The notes below the pieces were generated by a model. It searched no databases and was not told the origin of the DNA. It was given only the letters and a program-made list of their open reading frames with translations. Position numbers and translations under genes: made by a program. Below, piece after piece: positions 1 to 13,479 of a DNA stretch of 64,000 bases (the first letter of the stretch is position 1; each line of letters starts with the position of its first letter). This stretch comes from Welwitschia mirabilis (lineage: Eukaryota), in assembly GCA_051453625.1 (NCBI GenBank), contig JBOZIK010000001.1, positions 5,462,695 through 5,526,694 on the forward strand, given 5' to 3'.

Positions 1-340
1 TACACTTAACTCCAAGATTTAATATTTTTATGTGGAATATTTTTAAGTCAAGCTTTAGCTCTTCTCCTAAGTATGACTAGAAAGATAATCAAGTAGGTAC
101 GGTTACCAATACATCTTTTTCATTTCCCAAGGTAAGAACAAGTTATTCAATATCAACTAAATATTAGAAAGGGTTTTCCTTAGATTCCCCTAAAAAAAAT
201 TTAATATGCACTTAAATTTCTTAATTCTACATTATTTCTAGGAGGTAAATCAAATAGATTTTAATTTTCACATTTTCTATTAGCAATTAAATCTCTAAGA
301 GTAACATTTGCATTCAAAAAAGAAGTTATAATGATGATTG
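1..340 (-). pseudogene. Degenerate Ty3/gypsy (Athila-like) gag N-terminal remnant
   Basis: The minus-strand translation with frameshifts gives GESKENPF...RAKA*LKNIPHKNIKSW, resembling retrotransposon gag (G..SEDP...RAKAWL.SLP..SI.SW). Confidence 0.65.
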
Positions 341-1310
341 AGGTATTAGATGAAGTAACTTGCTTTTATCTTTGTAATGATTTTGATACATTTGATATAT
401 TTGAAGAAGAAATAACATGATCTACTTCTATACATAATTTCATTTTGTAAAATCTGATTCTAAAATAATAAAGAAAGAAAAAGNNNNNNNNNNNNNNNNN
501 NNNNNNNNNNNNNNNNNNNNNNNNNNNNNNNNNNNNNNNNNNNNNNNNNNNNNNNNNNNNNNNNNNNNNNNNNNNNNNNNNNNAAATCTGATTCTAAAAT
601 AATAAAGAAAGAAAAAGATTTTCTTCAATTCTAAGAATTTGCTTATCTAGAATGTGTGTACTTGGATTTAGCTCAAAGCTAAATAATCGTTTTCTAATGT
701 TTTCTTTAATTAGGTTTCACTCTTTCTGATATTTTATCTTCCTACTACAATTCACCATGTCCTTGCATACTTAAATAACAAATAAAAAACTAAAATAGAA
801 AATAACAAACTATTCTTCACCTAGTTGTCAGGATGATAGGGAGGATGATGATCACAGTAACAGAAAACTGAAACTTATAAAAAATATCAATAGTAAGAAA
901 ACTAGACTATCATTAAGGCTATCATGAGGACGACAAAGAAAATGATAGTAACTTTATTAAAATTGTGAAAGAGAAAAATTGTAAAATTCTAAAAACAAAG
1001 ATAACAAACTATCATTAGGCTATCATGGAGATGACAAAGAAAATGACAAAAACTTTATTAACAAACTATGAATAAAAGAAAAATTATGAAAATAGAAATT
1101 TATTTTAAAATTTTAGAACTATCATGTCTAATTTTGTTGGGATAACAGATAGAACAACAAGGTTCCTAAAAACTATAAAAAATAAAACTTTGCTAAAGTA
1201 AATCTATTTTAAGTTATGCTAAATATACAATACTAATTCAAATAAATAACCTAAAGATAAGAATTAAGGTACTTATTTAATCAGTGATAATTCTCTAGCT
1301 CCTTGTGGCC

Positions 1311-1332
1311 TTTTCTAGCAATGATACAAAAA
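1311..1332 (-). promoter_or_regulatory. Decayed Athila-type primer binding site (tRNA-Asp type)
   Basis: TTCTAGCAATGATACAAAAA corresponds to TCCCCGGCAACGGCGCCAAAA with CpG decay. It abuts the LTR edge at 1338. Confidence 0.6.
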
Positions 1333-1337
1333 TGCTA

Positions 1338-2682
1338 TGATGTGAATTTATATAATCTTAAATTCCTTTAGATAAGCTATAAATCAAATATCTTGTAGAA
1401 AAACACATTCTAATATAGATAGAAGTTCACCTGAGTGTTGTAATTCCAATGAAGGCACTAGGCTCAGAGTTAGAAAATTGATTTCCAAAGATATTTTTAG
1501 TCTTTTTATCTTTTATAGCTAAAAGTAAAAATGAAATAAAAATGAAACTAGAATTAATTTTATTGGATCCTAATCCTTTTGTCATAAGAACTAGCTTCTC
1601 TATAATTTAGATCAATTAAGAAGAGTACTTAAATTATTCCTAATTAACATGAACTAGGAGTTATATGAAATAGAATATGGAATGCAATATGGAATGGAAA
1701 TGGAATAACAATGTAAATCTAAACTAAGCAAGTTAATCTTGATAAAGATTGCCCTTATGATCTAAATAAATTATAGAATTATCACTTTAAACTATAACCA
1801 AATTAAACCATAATGGACATAAATAGAATTAGAATGAAAAGAGTAATTGTATTGATTCAAAGAGTAATTATATTGATTTAAATAACTTTTCATCTACTTA
1901 CAAAAAAATAGTAGCACCTTAATAAAAGAGACTTAGCCTAACACTAAGGGAACTCCTTTTTGTAGCTACTAGATGGATTTCTTATCCTTCAATCCTCCAT
2001 AACAAGCATATTGGGTAAAAAAGATGAAAATAGAAATAAAGGAGGAGAAGGGTATTTGTAGTTTTACATTGAGATTGTAGAAACTCAACCTTAGAAGTTG
2101 GAAAAGAAACCCTAATAGTCCAAATAAATTGCTTAACCTTCATTACAAAGATAATTTTTTTTTGACCATAGAAAAGTAGCTATTATCTTAACTATCATGG
2201 GGATGACAAAGAGGACATAACCCTACATCAAAAGGTACTTTATTAGCTTCATGTCTTTCTATCAACCCTACAGCTTTTGTCCATGTTAGCAGCGCTATTG
2301 TCTTACCTATTGTGAAGATGATAAAGGGGAGGATAATCTTCCTTATCTTCAATCTCAAACGTAACTAAGTATTTTACATGATGAATTCTTCTTTCAAGTA
2401 TGAAGTATCAGAATAAGCTTTAGAAACCTCCAAATATGCTAAAAATCACATGTTTCAATGATCATCCTATCAATATCCATAATCATCAGTGTTGCATTCA
2501 AACCTATATAAATGTCTTACAAAAGCACTCAAAATACATCATCAAATTCCTATAAATGACACTACAATAGTTATCCTTGGGAATAGTTAAGGAGGTAATA
2601 GTTTAAGTTAATAACTACTATTTTCTAGCTGACTTCATAATCTTAGAGATAGATATGACAAAACAAAATTTAGTGCCCATCA
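1338..2682 (-). repeat. 5' LTR (~1.35 kb) of a minus-strand Athila-like element that runs off the window start
   Basis: Inverted termini TGATG...CATCA, with a PBS and gag remnant on its left side. Confidence 0.6.
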
Positions 2683-5600
2683 TATTAGGAAGATCTTTTC
2701 TTTCAAATTTTAATGCTTTAATCAATTATAAAAATGATCAAGTGAAAAATATTATTTAGCAACATAACTATAAACCTAAACATTTTTAATATAATGAAAT
2801 TATCATGTGATCTTTAAGAGTTTGATTAACTTAATGAAACTTATGACTTTGAATTCCAAATAATTTTAACTCTCTACTATTATTTGATTACCACTTCTTC
2901 AACTCTAAATCGAATAGCTACAAACATGTAAAGTATTCTATAATAAGCCATCCTAAAAACTAGTTTTTCCTTAAGGATTTTTTTCCATAATAATCTAGTC
3001 ATATCATCATTAGTAATTTCACTACCCTTTTGAACCTTGACATTTACTAAATTCATTATTAAATAACTTCATAAAATCCATAAATCATTCACATACTCTT
3101 GTAAATTATGAATTTTTAAAGCTTACTAACCTAGGTTAAAAGCCCTTAAGTCAATAATAAGAAATTATATTATCATCTAGGTAAAGATTAAATTTAAGTT
3201 TACTTATGAGTTTTTAAGGGAAAGAATAGTTATTTTGAGTAGGTTGGTTGAGAATGTATTTTCTTAAAGTCCTAATTTTAGTAAAACTTCATTGAAAAGA
3301 TGGGATTTATCTTTGCATGTGCTTTTTAATAAAAAGCCTTTAATGAACTAAGATTAGATTTGATTAGGATAATAACCCCATAAAAATACATTAAAAATAA
3401 TAATGGGAAGATGAAGAAAAGAAAATAATATATATCTTCTCTAAAAGCACATAAAATTAATCACTTAGTTGGGTTTAGTTAACTACATTAGGGATGTGAC
3501 TACCTACTAGCAATGTAGCTCTATTGATCTAATTACAACATGCTTAACTATATCAGGGTTATAAACACTTATTGGTAAGTAACCCTAATTTCTACATAAT
3601 ATAACATGATTAACTTTTTTGGTAGAAAGTGTCATAATGCTAGATGCTCAATGTGGTTTAAGCACATAATACTAAGAACATATGCAAATGTAGAAATGGA
3701 AATTAAAGAAACAAAAATAGGGGAATTAGAGGTTTTATGTAAACTATTGTCTCTTAACTTTCATACTTAGGATCTACATTGATTTCGTAAATTTGTATAA
3801 GTTACTTGATTAAAAACTTATCTTGATTGATATTATGATCTATTAAAAATCGAAAAATCTAATAAAGGGTTGATAATTGAGGATAGTTTTCTCATTTATT
3901 CATTGGTTTCTAGTTTTACTTCATTTACACATTTTCCATCTCATTTACTTGCATCACTTCACTACATTTCACTTCATATCATTTTTATAAGAAATAACTC
4001 CTAAGGCATTAACTACTTTTATAGATTTTTTTTCTAATTGCTACATGTTTAGTTGTAAATAACTTGCCTTCTTCCTTAGCTTAATTTACATTATTTTTAA
4101 TAAAAGAAATTTTTGCATATGTCTACACCTTTATTCTCTAGTATCTGAATTGTTTTTACCACAAACATTAAGGATAAAATTTATCTTTGATTAGGGGTTG
4201 TGACATCCAATTTTAACAATAAAATTTTTCATTTCAATGTATTAAATGCTAAAAATGGGTTATAAAATTTTCAAAGATACATCTTTTTCATACTTAAGTG
4301 CATTAGACTTTAATAATTTTTCATGTTTAATCATTTTATTATTATTTTTTGCTAAGGCACTAGTAAAAAACTAGTTAGAAGGTGTGTTAACACATAAAAA
4401 TTGATATTATGATTAAGTTAAATACTTAATTATCCTATTAAAAGACACTAATATAATAAAATTCATGATATACACATGTATTCTATTTGTTTCCATGCTA
4501 ATTACATGGTCATTAACTATTTTTCCATAACATTTTCATGTTTCTTAAGCTTAACTAAAGGATAAGGTTTGATTTCATGATTATCAGACTTGAAATGCTA
4601 GTAGTGCCATCAGGCCATTAACATCCTTGACCTATGTTCTTAGATCCCCTTTAAACTCACATTCCTAGCATGTTGTGAAAAATTAGATATAATGCATTTA
4701 TGAGCTTAATCAAATTATACATAAAAACTAATTGCATTTCTATCAACATGTGACAATGATGATAAAATTCAAAAAGCAAAATTTAGCACAACTGATTAGG
4801 ATGATAGTGGCAATACGTGGTATAGTTAGGAATGGATAATAGTTACATCACTCCAAAGCCAAGTGGTGTATCATCATAAGAATCTTTACGAAATAAAAGA
4901 AAAGACAAATCATCCTATCAAATGCTAAATGATAAAGATTTTACCAAATTATATAAAACAGAATTTGTTCCACCAAATGCTAAATAATAAAAATCTACTA
5001 ATGCTATAAGTTAAGAGCTTATAACCAGCCCTCACCTCATATCTTCCTATAAAAGTTTCTTAGACCCTTCATTGTATTTATCTTTACCTTTGGAAAAAAA
5101 TTAGAGTATTTTAAAGCATCAACTTATGATGTCTTTCTAGATGACTAAGGAATTCTTATTTTTTATTCTTTTCTTACTATAAGATTATTCCTATTTTACA
5201 ATATATAAGTTTTTTCTTTGATTTTTATTTATGAATAATGTCATAATTGCAATTCTTAGGTAATGATTTTTACTATCAAGTCTATTTTATCTGTGTGAAT
5301 TCACTTCTATCAATTAATTTTTTAGTTTCATAAATCTTAAGTACTCTAGAAGTTCTTGCTTTTTATTATTATTTTAAAGTTAAAGTGTTAAGTGAATTTA
5401 TTAATTATCATATTGAGGATGGGATTATTCCCCATAACTTGAGCTAATTCACTTAATAGTTTGAAGTGTTTTGTAGAAAAAGATGATTAGATAACATCAA
5501 ATTGAAGGAGTACTTAAGGACAAATCAATAATACCATGAAGTTAATTTTCTTTTCTTTTTTTTTTAAATGAAGTTCAAACTTTAAACATAATTTCATCTA

Positions 5601-5720
5601 TTCTTCTCTTATTTCTCCTTTTTGTAACTTGCTTTAAAGTAAAATTACACCAATACCCAATGTTATCCTTAAGGAAGAATGATAGCTAAGTGGAAACCTA
5701 GCTTAAATTCAAGACATTGT
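2683..5720 (+). mobile_element. 3' internal remnant, PPT and LTR (from ~4385) of an Athila-like element; right boundary uncertain
   Basis: 3150-3700 is homologous to 28760-29200. CTAGTTAGAAGGTGTG at ~4371-4386 is identical to the PPT/LTR junction at ~29750-29765. The AATGCTAAATGAT subrepeats (4920-5020) are shared with 45830-45990. Confidence 0.5.
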
Positions 5721-6069
5721 AATATAATTAATACTTATTAATTTGGAAAATATTTAATGGAGGACTAATATAATTTTTGCATTATATTGCGTATTCCAGA
5801 CACTTATTAATGGAAGAATCAATTTTTAATAAAACAACATAAAGAGGTCATAAAAATTAGTTTTTGAAACTGTCATCTCATATGTTGTCTAAGTGACAGA
5901 CTAGATGACACATCATTTTTTTAATTTTCATAAATAAATATTATATTAAATGGTAAGAATTCTAAATTTGATTTCTACTTTTTAATAATTAATTATCCTT
6001 AACAATTTAACTCTCTTCTATTCTTTTTCCTTTTTTATTAGGGATTAATAGATGCTTAGTGGGAGAATA

Positions 6070-7161
6070 TGTTATAAGTTTAATTAATGATATTTAATAA
6101 TATATTTAGAGGATTTTTTATGTATTTTAATAAGTTTATAAGACAAATAGGACGAATTTAAAACTCCATCAAGATTATCATATAAAACATCAAATTTAAA
6201 CATAATAAAACTTTTTCATATACATTTCATACTTCCTAATGTTTCTAGAACATCATGGACCTAGTGCAAAAAGAGGAATGATTATCAGGAGAACAGAAGA
6301 TAAAGAAAAGCTTATTGTCTAGCATGTTATCTAGACAAAAATCTGGGACAATAATCATTAGAGCTATGAAATCAAATTTTCAAATTTAATTATTTCATAT
6401 GAAGCAGAAAACACTTAAGATCAATTATGATCCACCTCATCATTTGAGCAACAATTAAGTGAATGACTAATTGCATTAATAAATAAAGAAAATACGTTTT
6501 TGCTATTAGTTATTCTCTTGATCATCTATATCACAGGACAATTAGTAAGATTGAAAGAAATAAAACTTATAATTTTACAAGTAGTAGTCATCAACCTAGT
6601 CATTCAAATGATACCCAAGATAACACTGATAATATAAAAGATCAACAATAATTAATAAGGCATGTAGAATACTAGAAGTTATGAGAAGATGAAAATTAAT
6701 GATCATCTGCTTAGTCATTTAGATGACATCCAAGTAGATGATGGATATGAAAAATACAAAACAAACTCTATCAATTATGTAATCATTGTTATGATAGCCT
6801 CTGGTGTATTATAACTCTTTGGCAACTGTAATAGTCATTTCAAATATTATAAATATTGCCATTAGGTTTTCCATTTATTCATCTTAATTACATTAATTAT
6901 TATTATAATGTTGAAGAGTAATTGAGTAAGGGATCCATCCTAGTTACAGAGAAGGAATTGCTTGGTGTTGGGTTGTGTCTTCTTCATTGAGGAGTTCTTA
7001 TTTTTTACATGGATGTTAGGATATTGTGATATAATTAAGATGATTTCATTTCTTTTTCAATATTATTTCTTATACTATTCCTTATGGTTTATGTTGATTA
7101 CATTTAAGTGACAAGTGTTTATAATTGATATAGATCATAAGGGCCCACTTAGGTAATAACA
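6070..7161 (+). repeat. LTR (~1.09 kb) of gypsy element A
   Basis: Termini TGTTAT...ATAACA, followed by Met-type PBS TGGTATC at 7165. It shares motifs with the minus-strand LTR at 51956-53064. Confidence 0.65.
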
Positions 7162-8399
7162 AGTTGGTATCCTTGCTTAGAATTTGCATTTAGGTTGCAT
7201 TCATTTTTGCATTTTGCATTTATCTCTACATTTTTCATTTCATCTATTTTATTATATCATTTCTAAAACTTAGGATAGAAATAATTTACTGTGATCCTTT
7301 ATCTTCTTCTTTAAAATTCTTCTCTAAAGTACAACATTTGGGTTAATTCCCATATACTAGTGCACTTCATGTGAGTTTTATTAAGATTTGTAGGTATTAA
7401 AGAGAGGAAGGTTCATTTAAAAAAAAAATAGTAGTTTAATCACATGATTCACATCTCAACATAAACATTTCAAGAAAACATATTTTTATATAAGAAAATG
7501 AGTTAGGTAAATTTGACTGTTAAAACTTTTTTAGTTACTCACGTGAGTTATAAATAACCTTTAAAATCTTGTGAGTTTTGATAAAATATTAGATATTCTT
7601 ATTTTATTACTTTTTTCTTTTTACATCTTGTTAAATTTTGCTTTTACACATGCAGTTTTGATAAATATCACAAGTTATATGTGTTCAATTAATTATATGT
7701 CACTTAAGGGAAATTAATGTTTTATCATAATAGTTTGATAAAGAAATGTTAATATTTTTATATTAATTGATATTAAGTGTTAGTTTGATGCTCTTGTGCT
7801 TTCACTATTTTTGAAATTTGACCTAGGAGATTTCTTTATGATGCAATTTAAACTTTTTATAATTCATTTCTTTTCCTTATGTTGAATTATCATGTTAAGT
7901 ATACATTTATTTTTATGATGAGAGCATGATATCCTTGCTTTAATATTGCATTTCTTCTTGATTCAAAATTAGTGTTATTATGACAAAATGCTTGTTATTT
8001 TTTATGCAAAATATTATAATCTTCTTTGAGAAGTTACACACACTAATAAAAGCTAATTAGTTTCAAGTGTTTTTAATATTACAATTGCATGCATGATTCT
8101 GTAAGCACTACATTAATCCATCAAGCCTTCTAGTTGCATAAATTTTAACTTACATTTTTATACATCTATTTTTGTCCTTTTTATGATATGCATTTATAAG
8201 TAGAAATTAGATTTCTATAAGTAAATGTTTGTATAGTTCTAGATCATCTTTGTGTCATATTTCACCTTCACCTTTGATTTCATCTTCACTTGAATTTAAT
8301 ACCTTTTCTCAAGCTTCAAATATTATTTCTTCTCAAATATATATTAAAGATAATAATTCTTATACTTTTGATTCTCAACCTACTCTTGGTTAGCTTTTT

Positions 8400-11300
8400 C
8401 AATATCCATGATGCTTTAATTTCCATTAAAAACCTTAATGATTTCCCTACTTTTCATGGTTTATACTATGAGGATCCTTATGTGTTTATTGAAGAATTTG
8501 ATTTAGTTTGTAAGATTACTTCTCAAGCTCATTGAGATGAAGATAAATTAATAATTCTTTCTCTTCTCTTAAAAGATAAATCTAGACATTAGCTTAGTCT
8601 TATTAATCATAATAAATATCTTTTCAATCTTGGTGAATTTAAAGAAACTTTGATTAAGAAATTTCTTCCTATTCCTTGAATTAATTAAACAAGAAATATT
8701 ATTAATAGTTTCAATTATTCTTTTACTAAATTATATTTTAAAACTTTTAATTCTTTTAGAGATTTTCTAATTAAAAATCTTAATGATTATTTTCAGGTTT
8801 GAAGATTAGTTCAATTATTCTTAGAAGATCTTAATAAAGATACTAGAAAATTAATACAAATATTAATTACTAGATGTTTAACTAAATTCTACTCTTGATC
8901 AGGCATGGATAGAATTAGAAGATTTAGAAGAAGTTACTCGAAGGTGGAAAAATGTTGACAACGATTACATGCAAAGTAAGTTTAGCTTGAATGTACATTT
9001 TTATCAGAATAAATCTCATAATGAATAAGAGAAGAAAATGGAATTTATATTAGCTTAACTTGAAAATCTTAAATTAGAAGAAGAGCAGCTTAAGAAAATT
9101 CTAACTTAAAATTTTTCAAATTTAATCTTTTATGAGTTGTTTTAAGTGTACGGTTATTCTATTAAATTTTATAAAAACTTTTAGTGTAAAATGCTTTACA
9201 TAATCATCATATTTCTAAAGCTCATATCTTTAATTAAAATTATCATCCTATTATATTATTTAATAGGTAACTTAACTCTTATCCAAATAATTTTTATCAT
9301 AATTCTTTTCATTCTTACAAAAATTAGTTTTAATGGCAACCTGAATCTTTACCCTTTGATTCTTCATAAGAAAATATATTAGAAGAAACAGTGAAGCTAT
9401 TGGTTAATGAAACAGGTTGAATGTAATAAACTATTAATTTGAATTTTTAATAAAATAAAAAGGAGAGTCATCCTAGTCTACCTTCTCAATATACTCCTAA
9501 TCCAAAACCAACTAGCATGATGGAAGAATGTAATAATGTAAATGCCATTAGATTCAGAAGTGAGAAAGTAAGTTCAAAACCTAATTCTAACAAGAAGAAG
9601 TAGATTGAGATAAAATAATTAAAAATTTTAAATGTAGTTCTAGTAAAAAGTTTTAAAATATAAAAGTAAAATATTCTATTCCTTTTCTTAGTCATCTTTA
9701 ACTAATAAATTTTCAAATAGCTATGATAATATTCATAAAATTTTTGAAGAAGTTAACATTAATCTTTTCTTTATTAAGGTAATTAAGCAAATTCCTTCTT
9801 ATGCCAAGTTTCTTAAATACTTATGCACTTATAGAATAAAGATTTAATATTATAGATAAATAATTAGTCTTATTACATATATTACTTATGTTTTGTAATT
9901 AAAAACTTCTAAGAAATATGGTAACCTCAGATTCCACACTCTCTTTATTAGTATTGATGACTATATTATTGATAAAACCTTAGTAGATCTAGAAGATGAA
10001 ATTACCTTACATCAAAACCTATTTTTCATGCCTTAGGATTTAACCATGTTGATCCCACTAATGTAATTCTTTCTATGGGTGATGAAGCCTTAGTTAAACA
10101 TTTAGGAATTTTAAAATATGTCTTAATGCAAATTGATAAAGTAGTTAATCCTATTAACTTCATCATTCTTAAATTTCTCATGGATTCCACTAGTTATCCT
10201 CTTGTTATTAGTAGAACTTGATTTTTTATAAAAATAAAACAAATTAATTGTAGATTTGGTGCATTGAAAATTATCTTTGACAATCTTTCCAATACCTTAA
10301 ATGTGTTTTCTAACTAAAAGGAAATTCCTATTGAATTGAATGACCATTTACATTTACCTAAAATACAACATATAAGCGATGATTTAATTTTAATTTTGAA
10401 TGGTATGCTTTGTGTAGATGCTAAATATAAATTTTCTATTACATCTTATTTAGATTTAAATTAAATTAATAGTCACATTGAATGTGTTTATTTTAAAGAT
10501 TTTAATTATGTTTTTAAAGAAATGAAAATGAATTTTTCTTTGAATGATGTTGTTACAGTTAATAGTATTACTAGTGATGAATTAAAACCTCAGCCTAATC
10601 ATTTGAAATACATCTTTATAAGTAGTAATCAATTTAAACTTGTTATCATTAGTTCTCATCTTATACATTTTTTAAGAAAAAGAGCTTATTTATGTATTAC
10701 TTGAACATTATCTAGCTCTTTCTTGATCTTATCATGATTTGATTAGTATTCATCATTTTGTTTATCAAACCTATTCATCAACCTTAGTGTAGGATAAATC
10801 CTAATCTTAGGATTATTATTAAATTAAAAATCATAAAACTTTAGGAAGCTAATATTATTTACTCATTACAAAAAGTGAATGTGTGTGTCCTTTATAAGTT
10901 ATCCCAAAGAAGAGTGGTAAACGATGAATTTGTATTAATTTTTATGCTCTTAAAAATCACAATAAGAAAGATAATTTTTCTATTTATTTTATCAATTTAA
11001 TTATTAATAAACATCACTAGTATTACTCTTTGGATGGATGTAGTGATTATAAATCAATTCCTATACCTTTAGAATATTATTAAAAGATTACTTTACTATT
11101 CCTTTAGAACTTTTGCATATAATTACATGCTTTTTAGTTTATGCAATTCTTATATAACTTTTTAAAGATGTATGATTGGTATTTATCCTAAATTTATTGA
11201 TGAATTTTTAGAAATGTACATGAATTATTTTTTTATCTATAATAATTCTTTTAATTAAATAATTTATCATTTGAAGTAATATTAAATCATTATATTTATC

Positions 11301-11551
11301 ATAGTCTTAAGATTAGTTTGGAGAAAACACATTTCATAGTTACTAAGGGCATTGTCTTTGACCATTTTACTTCTAAAGAAAGAATAGAAGTATATCCTGC
11401 TAAAATTAATATCATTTATTCTCTTTTTACTACTACTCATATTAATGATATAAGATCTGTCTTAGGACATGCTTATTTTTATTGGTGTTTTCATCTTAAT
11501 AAACATTTAATTGAATTACTTTTAAAAGATGCATCTTATTCTTATACACTT
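8400..11551 (+). pseudogene. gag-protease-RT pseudogene of element A
   Basis: ORF fragments 8290-8535 and 11318-11557 carry gag and RT motifs. IKQIPSYAKFLK lies at ~9782. There are many stops and frameshifts. Confidence 0.8.
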
Positions 11552-13177
11552 TATTAGATTATGTTTTATTAATTGATGTCAAACTAATGTTTTCCTGTAT
11601 ATCAAATTTTGTGTATCTTATGTAGAAGATGTTAATTACTTGTAGGTTAAAAGATGAAACTGAAACCATCAATTTCTAAGTACTAGAAGCCTATTAGTTC
11701 TTTTACCCTCTTGAGGGATTGACTAGATTTTCAAGGGGTCAAATGTGCCTAAAATAGATAAAAAATGGACTACATCTGGAGTAGTTAACTAGATTTCTGA
11801 TAGGGCTGACCAGACCTATAATCTCAAGAACTAGTGTCCTTGAACTGAATGGTAAGGAGTCGACTAAATTTGAGGACCTGATAAACATTATCCTTGAACT
11901 GAATAACAAGGGGTCAATAAGATCTATGGTGGGGTCGATCAGATCTGTGAACTAAGAAATAATACTCTTGAACTGATTGTCAAGGACTCGATTAGACCTG
12001 TGATGGGTCGACCAAACTTGAGCACTGTGCAGCTGATACACTTGAGCCAATCGTTATGGGGTCGATTGGATACCTGAAGGGATGGATCAGACTTGATGCT
12101 AGAAACTAAAAAGAATTTTATTAAGAGAAGTGGGTAATTGGATCATGTAGTGGATGACTAGACTAGGGTTAACTAGACCTAGATGAAGTTGATTGAACAT
12201 GGAGCTATAAGAAATTGGGGCAATCAAAATTCTCACTTAGGTGACCTGTGTAAGTCATAACATCAGATGAGGTCGACCATACATTTGAAGGGGAAACTAG
12301 ATAGAATGGAATTAAAATTTTCTAATCATTATGTATTCGTTGTGTAGTTATGAAGTAGTCATTTTCTAGCCATTTATAGCTCTTAGAAGCACATTTCAAA
12401 TGTAATAAATCCTAAAATCCTTCTAATATATATAGCTAAGAGATAGATGATTAAAGAAGATTTTGGAACTATTTTCAATTGGATGAATCTATTTGATTTG
12501 AAGGATTAAACATTGTAATCTTATAACTTTCAGTGTTGTATCTTAGCATCTATACTTTTAACTAAAAAAGATCTACCATTAGTATCATCTCTACATTCAA
12601 GCTTAGATCTAGTGCTTCATTTGTTTTACATCTATAAAAGAAGAGCTCCATCAAATCTACTAAATCAAGAACAAGTGATATCCATGTATGTTGGCATCAT
12701 TACATTACTACTTTGCTTTATGAAAGGTTGAGACTAAGCCTTGAAAATTTCGTTAAAATGTTGAAACTAAAACTTGAAAATTCTATTTAAAGGTTGAGAA
12801 TAGATCTTAAAAAGTCCATTTAAATATTGAGACTAAGCTTAGAAAAATATGTCTGTAAAGGTTACAGGTAAACTTGAAATACCTAATGGAGTAATGAAGA
12901 TCTAAGATCTATCTTGGGGATAAGCTGATTATTGAGAGTGGATTAGGGCATTTCTCGAATCACTATAAATTTAGTGTACATCCATTTGGTATTTTTATGC
13001 TTTTAGTCATTATTTTTTCACTTCTATTATTTTTCTATTTCATGCATATTTTGGATTAGTTAATTACTGTATTTAAGTTTTGTTTAAGATTGGATTTATT
13101 TAGAATATTATGTTGCATCTTTGTAAAAGAACCTATTCAACCCCTCCCCTCACCCCCAAGAGTTCTTAATGCTATCA
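11552..13177 (+). repeat. 5' LTR of copia element 1
   Basis: Direct repeat of 17721-19344. It begins TATTAG (decayed TGTTAG) and ends CTATCA before the PBS. Confidence 0.92.
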
Positions 13178-13479
13178 TTTGGTATTAGAGTAGGTTAAGT
13201 CTTTGTTTAGATCTTAACTAATCTAGATTTTAGAACCCCATAATGAATTTTCACTTTAATGATTTTTCNNNNNNNNNNNNNNNNNNNNNNNNNNNNNNNN
13301 NNNNNNNNNNNNNNNNNNNNNNNNNNNNNNNNNNNNNNNNNNNNNNNNNNNNNNNNNNNNNNNNNNNNNNNNNNNNNNNNNNNNNNNNNNNNNNNNNNNN
13401 NNNNNNNNNNNNNNNNNNNNNNNNNNNNNNNNNNNNNNNNNNNNNNNNNNNNNNNNNNNNNNNNNNNNNNNNNNNNNNN

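Noticed and set aside
450..617. 34-bp exact direct repeat around an N run
   Set aside because: Identical sequence on both sides of a 100-N gap indicates an unmerged contig overlap.
12722..12875. CRISPR-like regularly spaced repeats
   Set aside because: The units are contiguous tandem repeats without unique spacers, lie inside plant LTRs, and no cas genes are present.
13269..13479. Apparent ~0.85-kb gag deletion in copia 1
   Set aside because: The missing part coincides with an N gap whose size may be underestimated.
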